Below, one piece after another: positions 9,428 to 16,084 of a stretch of DNA of 16,084 nt. Positions within the stretch are counted from its first letter, which is position 1; every line of letters starts with the position of its first letter. The translations under genes and the position numbers were made by a program. The notes under the pieces were generated by a model. That model was not told the origin of the DNA. It did not search any database and saw nothing but the letters and a program-made list of their open reading frames with translations. This DNA comes from Candidatus Altiarchaeota archaeon (GTDB lineage Archaea; Altiarchaeota; Altiarchaeia; IMC4; SCGC-AAA252-I15): positions 1 to 16,084 of the forward strand of contig JAZDMS010000004.1 of NCBI GenBank assembly GCA_043800705.1, given 5' to 3'.

Positions 9428-9456
9428 GACCTGAGGGGGCGGAGCCCCCGCGGGTC
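9428..9456. other. GC-rich stem-loop ending exactly at the second repeat copy
   Basis: GACCTG-A-GGGGGC-GGA-GCCCCC-G-CGGGTC: 12 pairs including one G-U, with one A.G mismatch. Confidence 0.65.
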
Positions 9457-9517
9457 AGATGTACAGGAAGATCGAGGAGAGGGAGAAGAAGATGAAAGGC
9501 TGATAGATCGGACCATC

Positions 9518-11824
9518 CTATCCCCTGCTTATGTTAATGAGGTCGTTGGCAACGATGCAGTAGGGCATTATGCTGACGCAGTCTCCGCTCGTGTGCGCAG
9601 TGACTTCTATGGCCTGTGCCACTATGCTGTCGCCGGGGGAGTATCCCTGAGTCTGGAGCCAGGTATAGCTTTCTACATTGACCGCTTTCCCCATGTATTC
9701 CGCAGGCCCATTTTCGACCATTATCCCCCATGATTCGCTTCTTGTCCCCTTCGCCGCTACGATGACCTTTCCTTCAAGGGAGATAGTCTTCACTGGTGCG
9801 CCGCCCTGGATGTGCGACCCGTCCGGCGCGACACATTCGGTCCCGTTGCTCCTGTAGAGCGCCCATTCCTCGCATGTCCTGTTGTCCAGGAGAGTGCAGT
9901 ATCCGACCTGGCCTTCCGGCATCTCTTTCACGGACCAGGAGCCCCCAACCTGGGAGCAGTAGACTGACGCGGGATTCGCAAGCTGATTATTGCCCTCGGG
10001 TTTGTCACCCGCTGGGCACTCCCCCCGCGTCCAGTATTCCACCTTGTCGTCTGCGCATGCGCCGCAGCCGTTCCCATAAGTCTGGGCACATGGGTACCGG
10101 ATGCACTTTATGCCGTCGTTGAACCAGCCGCAGACTGGATTATACTCCAACGTGCATGCTTCGGCTGCGTGTTCCTGTGCGGTGCAAACGTGTCTCTGAG
10201 GCTCCTGCTGTCCTTGTGAGCCTCCGGGGTTCGAGACCCTTCCCATGAACAGGATGTTCCCGGTCTGCCGCTCGACGATGAGGAACATGAACGGGTGGTC
10301 TGCGTCGAAGACCTTCGTGGGTCTTGGTCGAACGGCCATTACCCGGTCCATTATTACAGCCGTCGCGGCCGCGGCCTCCGTCCCCTCCTCGTTGACGTCG
10401 ACGTATGCCTGGTGTATGACCTTGTCTATCTTGAGGTCCCTCTTCCCGGTCATACCAGAAAAATCCGCGTCGTTGGTGAAGGCCGTCGGCATCCCCAGCC
10501 GTATCAGGTTTTCCGCGAGGTATGTCTTCGATTCCAGCTTGAACTTCGGGATGTGGACTTCGACCTTTTCCCCGCTTAGCATGGACATTATCTGTTCGTA
10601 CCTTTGCTGGTCCATTGACTTTTCGAGGCCTTCTAGGTCGTCGCCCTTGGGCAGGAGGACGATCATCGAGACGTCGTCGCCGCTGTAGGGCAGCTCAATG
10701 GCCTGCATCGTCGCGTCCTCTGCGTAGGGGAATTTCACATCCTCGCCTTTGAGCGACATCATCTGTGCCTTTACGCTCCTGCCGCCGGGCAGGCGGAAGA
10801 CCCGCTCCTTCGTGTCGTTGACGTTGAACTGCCTGACCCAGTCGCCTTTGAAGTAGATGGCGTTAGTGAGTACCAGCCTGGTAAGGGGCGTGAGCGCTCC
10901 AGCGGGTATGAGGTCCTTTATCTTGTCGTTGGTCCTGTCCTCCACCCAGGAGTTGATGGTCTGCCTCGAGCCTTCAGAATCCCCCACGAAGTCCATGTTG
11001 GTCGCGTTGCCGCCGTAGAAGGACCCGACGACACCCATATAAGAGGCCAGGAACGTGTAATCCTTCTGCGCCCAGAGGGCGTTCGCGCTCGAGAGCTGGT
11101 ACTTCTTGTCTGCCTTGTTTATTCCCGCAAGCGCTGCGGCGTATCCCGACCTCCGCGCGGAGTCGTCCGCGGGCAGCTTGAGGACGGCCTGCATCTCCTG
11201 TTGCGTCTTCCCCCTCGCGCCTTCGTATGTCATCGCCAGCGCGTCCGAGATGCTGAATGGCGAGAAGAAAAGGTTTGCGGACCGGTCCTTGGCCAATTCC
11301 CGGTAAAGGCCGAATCCGAACTCGTTGTTGGCTTCGACGACGGAGGATGCCTGACCGCTGCTGCATTCCTCCTCCCAGACCCTCAGGCATTTCTGTTTCG
11401 CCTCGCACCAGCTGTAGCCTGCGCTGCCGAGGCAGCCGTGGGCGTCGCGGTCGCCTCCGAGCGGAGCCGGACAAGGCGCGAATTCGCAGTTGGGCCCGTT
11501 CCTGCCCACCGCCGAGCCGTCCGGGCAAATCCTTGCCTCCTCTGTGCAAGCCCTCTGCACGGTGCAGTTCTCCTCCCATGCCCGGATGCATTTTTGGCTG
11601 GCCTCGCACCAGCTGTAGCCTGCGCTGGCTTTGCAACCGTGAGCGTCGCTGTCGCCTCCGACTATCGCGGGACACGGGGTGAACTCGCAGTTGGGGCCGG
11701 TCCTGCCGACTGCGGACCCGTCTGGGCAGATCTTCGCCTCCGCAGTGCATGCCTTGATACCGTCGTCCATGCATCCTGCGAACAAAACCGAAGCAAAAAC
11801 CACCAAGAGCGCCAATTTTTTCAT
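9518..11824 (-). CDS. Predicted lipoprotein with tandem Cys-rich repeats, serpin domain, Kazal-like domain, DUF333 and a C-terminal domain of unknown type
   Basis: Signal peptide with lipobox-like LFAG|C18. Serpin motifs NLFFSPFSIS, INSWVEDRTNDKIKDL, LTNAIYFKGDW, EEGTEAAAAT, DHPFMFLI and ILFMGRV. Kazal-like ACTLEYNPVCG...TYGNGC. DUF333-like LANPASVYC...G...GYC...CEEWALYR. Confidence 0.93.
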   Translation of the reverse strand: MKKLALLVVFASVLFAGCMDDGIKACTAEAKICPDGSAVGRTGPNCEFTPCPAIVGGDSDAHGCKASAGYSWCEASQKCIRAWEENCTVQRACTEEARICPDGSAVGRNGPNCEFAPCPAPLGGDRDAHGCLGSAGYSWCEAKQKCLRVWEEECSSGQASSVVEANNEFGFGLYRELAKDRSANLFFSPFSISDALAMTYEGARGKTQQEMQAVLKLPADDSARRSGYAAALAGINKADKKYQLSSANALWAQKDYTFLASYMGVVGSFYGGNATNMDFVGDSEGSRQTINSWVEDRTNDKIKDLIPAGALTPLTRLVLTNAIYFKGDWVRQFNVNDTKERVFRLPGGRSVKAQMMSLKGEDVKFPYAEDATMQAIELPYSGDDVSMIVLLPKGDDLEGLEKSMDQQRYEQIMSMLSGEKVEVHIPKFKLESKTYLAENLIRLGMPTAFTNDADFSGMTGKRDLKIDKVIHQAYVDVNEEGTEAAAATAVIMDRVMAVRPRPTKVFDADHPFMFLIVERQTGNILFMGRVSNPGGSQGQQEPQRHVCTAQEHAAEACTLEYNPVCGWFNDGIKCIRYPCAQTYGNGCGACADDKVEYWTRGECPAGDKPEGNNQLANPASVYCSQVGGSWSVKEMPEGQVGYCTLLDNRTCEEWALYRSNGTECVAPDGSHIQGGAPVKTISLEGKVIVAAKGTRSESWGIMVENGPAEYMGKAVNVESYTWLQTQGYSPGDSIVAQAIEVTAHTSGDCVSIMPYCIVANDLINISRG
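11363..11752 (-). repeat. Intragenic tandem duplication with a 201-bp (67-aa) period; each unit holds two 4-Cys mini-domains
   Basis: ACTAEAKICPDGSAVGRTGPNCEFTPCP + GGDSDAHGCKASAGYSWCEASQKCIRAWEENC is repeated as ACTEEARICPDGSAVGRNGPNCEFAPCP + GGDRDAHGCLGSAGYSWCEAKQKCLRVWEEEC. CCTCGCACCAGCTGTAGCCTGCGCTG occurs at both 11401 and 11602. Confidence 0.93.
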
Positions 11825-11848
11825 GATAGATACAATTCAGAGGAAACA

Positions 11849-11856
11849 TTTATAAA
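11849..11856 (-). promoter_or_regulatory. Candidate archaeal TATA box for a leaderless serpin transcript
   Basis: TTTATAAA ends 24 nt upstream of the ATG at 11824, and there is no SD-like sequence in between. Confidence 0.6.
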
Positions 11857-11862
11857 GGCGGG

Positions 11863-12579
11863 CTAGATTTTTCGGCCAGGACCGAATAAGCGCCAAGATA
11901 CAACTTTTAGGCCGTATTTTATGCCGTAGAGCACCTGGATGAGCCGCTGCCTGAGGGTCAGTTTCGTCTCGCCAGCCCTTCGTCTGAAGTCGACGCCGGA
12001 TTCCCCGATCCGAAGGTGAAGCCTCCACGCATGGTATAGTATCTCGAAGCCGTATTCGAAACCCCTCTCCTGAAGGTGTGGTGCAATCTCTCTGACGGCT
12101 TTTGCGTCGAAGCACCAGACGCCTGTGAGCATGTCCCTCGCCTTGATCCCCATAAGGGCCCTGATGAGGATGCTTACCGTCTTTTTAACAAAGATGGATG
12201 TTAGGCCTAAATAATCCCTCTGCTTTTTGAAGTCCCTTACCCCGAGGACAATGTCATATCCCCCGAAACGTAGGAAGTCAACGACCACTGGAAGCCCGGA
12301 CAATACGTCGGTGTAGTCGCAGTCCGCAGTGACCAGGTACTCGTAGCCGTTTTCGAGAAAATACTCCATGCCGGTCCGAATCCCGCTTCCCTGCCCGCGC
12401 CCATACCTTACGCCGATGACCTTGAAGCCGGCGGCCTTCGCCAGCTCGACGGTCCGGTCGGTGCTGCCGCTGTCTACAAGGAGCACATCGTAGCCTGGAG
12501 GAGCCTCCGAGGCCAGTTTTTCCAATGCGGCCTCCTCGTTCAAGGCAGGCAGAAGCAGGAGAATCTTTCCAGAATTCAT
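11863..12579 (-). CDS. Glycosyltransferase family 2, DPM1-like (polyprenol-phosphate sugar synthase type)
   Basis: LLLPALNEE, LLVDSGSTDRT, GRGQGSGIRTG, a DxD motif (ADCD), DIVLGVR, RDMLTG and RRAGETKL; 238 aa. Confidence 0.88.
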   Translation of the reverse strand: MNSGKILLLLPALNEEAALEKLASEAPPGYDVLLVDSGSTDRTVELAKAAGFKVIGVRYGRGQGSGIRTGMEYFLENGYEYLVTADCDYTDVLSGLPVVVDFLRFGGYDIVLGVRDFKKQRDYLGLTSIFVKKTVSILIRALMGIKARDMLTGVWCFDAKAVREIAPHLQERGFEYGFEILYHAWRLHLRIGESGVDFRRRAGETKLTLRQRLIQVLYGIKYGLKVVSWRLFGPGRKI

Positions 12580-12619
12580 CTGATATATTTATGCCATCAA
12601 CCGTTATATGCTCACAGCC

Positions 12620-14119
12620 ATGAACGACAAACTCAAGTATGCACTCATCATTTTCATGCTAAGCATGTTTGTAAGGACCGCGTTCGTTCTATACTCCACC
12701 GACCCCCTCAAAATATCAGACGATTCATACCATCATCTCACAATAGCCCAGAGCTTGTTCAAGGGTAGGGGATTCGAGACTGAGGTCATTTGGCCGTTGA
12801 TTCTCAGGTCGGACTCATTTCCGCAGCCGTATTTCTTCCGCCAGCCCGTTTACCCATACTTGATTGTGTCTGCATATCATGTGTTTGGCGTGAGCATGTT
12901 CAGCGCCCAATTGGTTAATATAGTGTGCGAAAGCCTCATCGCATGCCTCACATTCCTTTTATGCCTTGAGCTTACTGGAGCACGTTCTGCGTCAGTATAT
13001 TCCGCCATTTTGTACGTTTTCGGGTCGTATCAACTCGTCTTGGCTCCGCAACTTCTCACAGAAACGAGCTTCGCGTTGTCCATTATTGCCATATTCTATG
13101 TCGTAAAAAGGTGGGACAACGATTGGAGCAGATGCGTTGCCGGGTGCTTGATTGGGGCATCCTACCTTGTCCGCGAGCAGGGCTTCATACTTCTGACTGC
13201 GATAGGCGCCTATATTTATGCAAGGAAGGATTTCGGAAAGGCTGTCAGGGATTTCGCTTTGATATTTTTCGTTGCATTGATTGTTGTATCGCCTTGGCTT
13301 CTGCGGACGTACCTTCTTACAGGCAATCCATTTTACAACTTCAACGCCTACGGCATACTCCTTTTGAGAGACGACGACAGGTATTTCGCGGGCATTGAGC
13401 CACCCAAAAGCCCGCCGGAGCTCTTCATCGAGAGGCTCAACACAAAGACCTTCATCGACATTTTACAGAATCTCCTCAATCTTGCCGTAGGCCACCTGAT
13501 CCTGCTGCCAAGCACCATTATGGCAATCATAATATTCATGGAGAGAGGACAACTTAGAGTCCATATCCGCGAAAACAAATCATTCTATATCGCTATATCA
13601 ACCTATTATGCTGTTCTTATGCTGGTCGTATCGATGATGTACGGAGAGCTTAGATACCTGTATTCAATCATCCCCTTCATGGCGATAATATCTGGCGTCA
13701 GCCTAGACGCATTCTTCAAAAACCAGATAAACATATTCAAAAGCTCCGTAGACGACGCATTCCGGGCTATGATAATCGTATTATTGATCTGCTCAAACGT
13801 ATACTTCGCAATTCAGGTCATCCAAAACACGAAACCCATTCCTGACATCGAGGCCGCATATTGGCTCAAGGGCGCCGGGGGTGAAGGGAGCACGGTCATG
13901 GGCTATTTCCCGTACTATGTGCCCTATGTCCTCCAAGGCAAGGCCGTCCAGACCCCGGCGGACCGCGCCGAACTGGGACCGCTCATTAAGCACTACAACG
14001 TCACATACGTCATCGAGGGTGTCACGGAGGGCTGGTATGAGATGGATGGCGAAGGATACATGAGGATGGTCGGCGAGGGGAGGAACTGGAGAGTATACGG
14101 GGTGGTCGGAGGTGGATAG
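12620..14119 (+). CDS. GT-C fold membrane glycosyltransferase (PMT/ArnT-like), paralog 1
   Basis: Polytopic protein. First-loop SDDSYHH...A..L..GRGF, QPVYPYL, LLTET, PWLLRTY..TGNPF and RYLYS. Alternative start at 12608. Confidence 0.85.
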   Translation: MNDKLKYALIIFMLSMFVRTAFVLYSTDPLKISDDSYHHLTIAQSLFKGRGFETEVIWPLILRSDSFPQPYFFRQPVYPYLIVSAYHVFGVSMFSAQLVNIVCESLIACLTFLLCLELTGARSASVYSAILYVFGSYQLVLAPQLLTETSFALSIIAIFYVVKRWDNDWSRCVAGCLIGASYLVREQGFILLTAIGAYIYARKDFGKAVRDFALIFFVALIVVSPWLLRTYLLTGNPFYNFNAYGILLLRDDDRYFAGIEPPKSPPELFIERLNTKTFIDILQNLLNLAVGHLILLPSTIMAIIIFMERGQLRVHIRENKSFYIAISTYYAVLMLVVSMMYGELRYLYSIIPFMAIISGVSLDAFFKNQINIFKSSVDDAFRAMIIVLLICSNVYFAIQVIQNTKPIPDIEAAYWLKGAGGEGSTVMGYFPYYVPYVLQGKAVQTPADRAELGPLIKHYNVTYVIEGVTEGWYEMDGEGYMRMVGEGRNWRVYGVVGGG

Positions 14120-15662
14120 GGTCGACCTGAGGCGTTCGTCCCCGTATCTGGCGCTCCTTTTCCTCGCAGCCTGCGCCTTCAACGTCTTTGTCGTGGGAGG
14201 ATACGGCAGCGTCAACACCGTATCCAACGACGGATGGCATTACCTCTCCGCAGCGAGGAACATGTACTTGGGGCGCGGCTTCGTCATCGACACGCTGTGG
14301 CCACTAAACGACGGCCTGGCAGACCTGCCGCAGGGGGACTATATCGCGCAGCCCTTCTATCCATGGCTCGTCTCGGCCGCGTTCAAGGCACTGGGTCCGG
14401 ACATGTCGAACGCCTTCCTCGTGAACGCGGTCCTGGAGACCGCGGTAGCGCTCGTGACCTATCTCCTCGTGTTCGATTTCACGCGGGACAGGATGCTTTC
14501 CCTCGTCGCAGGCCTTGCCTACGCATCCAACTTCTTTGTCTATCAGATGCTCCTTCAGCTGATGACCGACAGCGCCTACAGCCTCTTCTGTGCCCTGGCG
14601 TTCCTGCTCCTCCTGCAGAGGCGCGGCAGCCTGAACAGCGCCCTCATCGGCTTCGCCGTCGGTCTTGCGTTCCTCGCGCGCTTCCATGCCATCATACTCT
14701 ACCCCGCCGTCATCCTCTTCATCGCCAGGGATGCAGGAGGGCGGCGTCTTAGGAACGCCGCGGTAGTCACCGTATGCGCGCTGGCGGTGTCGTCGCCGAT
14801 ACTCGCGAGGAACCTATCCGACAAGGGGACACCGTTCTTCAGCCCTAACCTGTATGGCATCCTCGAGCCCCACCCCATCGGCGCAGGGCTTGGATACCTT
14901 GCTATGGACGGGGCCCCCACCCTCGGGGAATATGCCTCAAGGATAAACGTCGGGAACATGCTGCAGGCGGGGCTGAACATCGCCATAGGCCTGATCTACC
15001 TGGGCTCCGGGTTCGGTTTCTTCCTCCTTCTCGCGGTCTTCGGGTCGTGGAGGTTGAGGGATGCGAAGGGCAGGGACATGCTGTTCATCCAGACGGTCGG
15101 CTTCTATGCGGTCGTCAGCGTCGTAGGGGGCGCAGTCACATTCGGCCAGCCCAGATATGTATACTCCCTATTCCCGTTCGTGGCTGCCGCATCTGCATTT
15201 GGGCTGGGAGAATTCATCAAGGGCTATAGAGGCCTTCCCAGGACCCTCATCTATGCCCTGGCAATAGTCGTCGTACTCTTTGATTCGATGGCCCCGCTTC
15301 AGGCGCTCAGGGCCCATGAGTCCGACCAGGAGGAGGTCAGGGCCTGCATATGGCTCGCGAATGCGACAAGGCCTGGAGACGGCGTGATGGCGAGGGGGCC
15401 CTTCCCTGCGGAATACCTTCTTCGTGCAAGGGGGATACAGATGCCTGCACAGAGGGATTACCTGAGGCCCATCATCGAACATTACCGGGTGAGGTATGTG
15501 ATATACCCCAGGCCGTGGTGGGGCTTCAGGGTCATAGGCGGCGACGAGGACTACCTGCGGCTCGTATACGATGAGCCCAACAGGACTGTGGGCGGACGGA
15601 CGGAGGAGGGGTCATTCAGGATATACGAGGTCGTGGGGGGCCGGAGTAATATGGTCGAATGA
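14112..15662 (+). CDS. GT-C fold membrane glycosyltransferase (PMT/ArnT-like), paralog 2
   Basis: GTG start overlapping paralog 1 by 8 bp. Motifs SNDGWHY...A.N...GRGF, QPFYPWL, LMTDS, PILARN...GTPF and RYVYS are colinear with paralog 1. Confidence 0.85.
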   Translation: MDRVDLRRSSPYLALLFLAACAFNVFVVGGYGSVNTVSNDGWHYLSAARNMYLGRGFVIDTLWPLNDGLADLPQGDYIAQPFYPWLVSAAFKALGPDMSNAFLVNAVLETAVALVTYLLVFDFTRDRMLSLVAGLAYASNFFVYQMLLQLMTDSAYSLFCALAFLLLLQRRGSLNSALIGFAVGLAFLARFHAIILYPAVILFIARDAGGRRLRNAAVVTVCALAVSSPILARNLSDKGTPFFSPNLYGILEPHPIGAGLGYLAMDGAPTLGEYASRINVGNMLQAGLNIAIGLIYLGSGFGFFLLLAVFGSWRLRDAKGRDMLFIQTVGFYAVVSVVGGAVTFGQPRYVYSLFPFVAAASAFGLGEFIKGYRGLPRTLIYALAIVVVLFDSMAPLQALRAHESDQEEVRACIWLANATRPGDGVMARGPFPAEYLLRARGIQMPAQRDYLRPIIEHYRVRYVIYPRPWWGFRVIGGDEDYLRLVYDEPNRTVGGRTEEGSFRIYEVVGGRSNMVE

Positions 15663-15677
15663 CAAATATCCAAAAAC

Positions 15678-15890
15678 ATGTCAGGTCGGGGTAGGAGGTT
15701 CGCGCTGGCCATAGCCCTATCGGCCTTATTCCCCTGCTCGGTGAACGCCTACATCGACCCTGGGGCGGGCAGCATGTTCGTACAACTGCTGCTTGCGGGG
15801 CTCATGGCGGCATGGTTCGTCACCAGGACCAGGTTGGAGAGGGTCTTCAGGGCTGTCACGTCCCTGGCCCGAAGAGGGAAAGATGCCTGA
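15678..15890 (+). CDS. Small membrane or secreted protein with an AYIDPGAGS motif
   Basis: Signal-like N-terminus ending VNA|YIDPGAGSMFVQLLLAG, then a TM helix and a basic tail. I recall this motif family from glycan-biosynthesis clusters. Confidence 0.75.
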   Translation: MSGRGRRFALAIALSALFPCSVNAYIDPGAGSMFVQLLLAGLMAAWFVTRTRLERVFRAVTSLARRGKDA

Positions 15891-16084
15891 GAGGTCCCCC
15901 GCTTCCTTCAGGGACATGAGCGGATTCGTCTACACGGACGGCGAGTTCCAGGACGGGAAGCCGGTCATGATAGACACCCTTTCATTCGACATCTGGAGAG
16001 GCGGCGCCTGGGCCGGATACCGGCAATTCTGCCAGCACTTCCTCGCGCCCCTGACCCTTATGGCCAAGGTGGACGCACGCCTCG
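15883..16084 (+). CDS. NoeA-like SAM-dependent methyltransferase, 5' part; runs off the window, appears internally deleted and may be a pseudogene
   Basis: Not in the ORF track. Reads MPERSPASFRDMSGFVYTDGEFQDGKPVMIDTLSFDIWRGGAWAGYRQFCQHFLAPLTLMAKVDARL. SFRD.SGFV, P..IDTLSF and W..YRQFCQHFLAPL are hallmarks of this family. Confidence 0.78.
   Translation, partial: MPERSPASFRDMSGFVYTDGEFQDGKPVMIDTLSFDIWRGGAWAGYRQFCQHFLAPLTLMAKVDARL

Larger units (their letters stand above)
9274..9507 (+). repeat. Imperfect 51-bp direct repeat (9274-9324 and 9457-9507) of the 3' end of the small gene
   Basis: 43/51 positions are identical by hand alignment, and the first 16 bp (AGATGTACAGGAAGAT) are identical. 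Translations: MYRKIEEREKKRKS* versus MYRKIEEREKKMKG*. Confidence 0.9.

Noticed and set aside
9274-9507. DGR template/variable repeat pair
   Set aside because: Only 5 of 8 mismatches are at adenines of a repeat that is about half A, most are silent, and there is no reverse transcriptase in the window.
9353-9733. 126-aa plus-strand ORF (and the 88-aa minus-strand ORF 9008-9274)
   Set aside because: The first has a TTG start, crosses the hairpins and runs antisense into the serpin gene. The second is antisense to the better-supported small gene.
10974-11866. Alternative-frame ORFs over the serpin 5' region (291 aa -, 221 aa +)
   Set aside because: They are Arg/Gly/Ala-rich shadow frames of a GC-rich gene.
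1-16084. CRISPR array, rRNA or complete tRNA genes
   Set aside because: I saw no regularly spaced repeats or RNA-gene signatures, and coding sequence covers nearly the whole window.

Overview
A GC-rich window that is probably archaeal and possibly DPANN-like. The evidence is TATA-like boxes about 25-30 nt upstream of several start codons, a GAGGTG-type ribosome binding site, and Cys-rich repeats I associate with DPANN/CPR surface proteins; the taxonomy is an inference. Left to right: (1) the 3' end of an IS481/IS3-type transposase, whose element end abuts an ISAzo13-family element; the ISAzo13 transposase is interrupted by one in-frame TGA; (2) a fused Alg14/PssD-Alg13/PssE glycosyltransferase; (3) a minus-strand run of uvrB, uvrA, a YkgJ-type Cys-cluster protein, a membrane hypothetical and a membrane metal-dependent hydrolase, with no uvrC; (4) a small Lys/Glu-rich gene whose last 51 bp recur 183 bp downstream, behind two hairpins; (5) a 768-aa predicted lipoprotein joining tandem Cys-rich repeats, an inhibitory-type serpin, a Kazal-like domain and DUF333; (6) a glycosylation cluster with a GT2, two tandem GT-C (PMT/ArnT-like) paralogs, a small YIDPG membrane protein and a NoeA-like methyltransferase that appears to carry an in-frame internal deletion. 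The most unusual items are the serpin-Kazal lipoprotein and the hairpin-bounded duplication of a gene 3' end. All family calls come from motifs recognised by eye; no searches were run.
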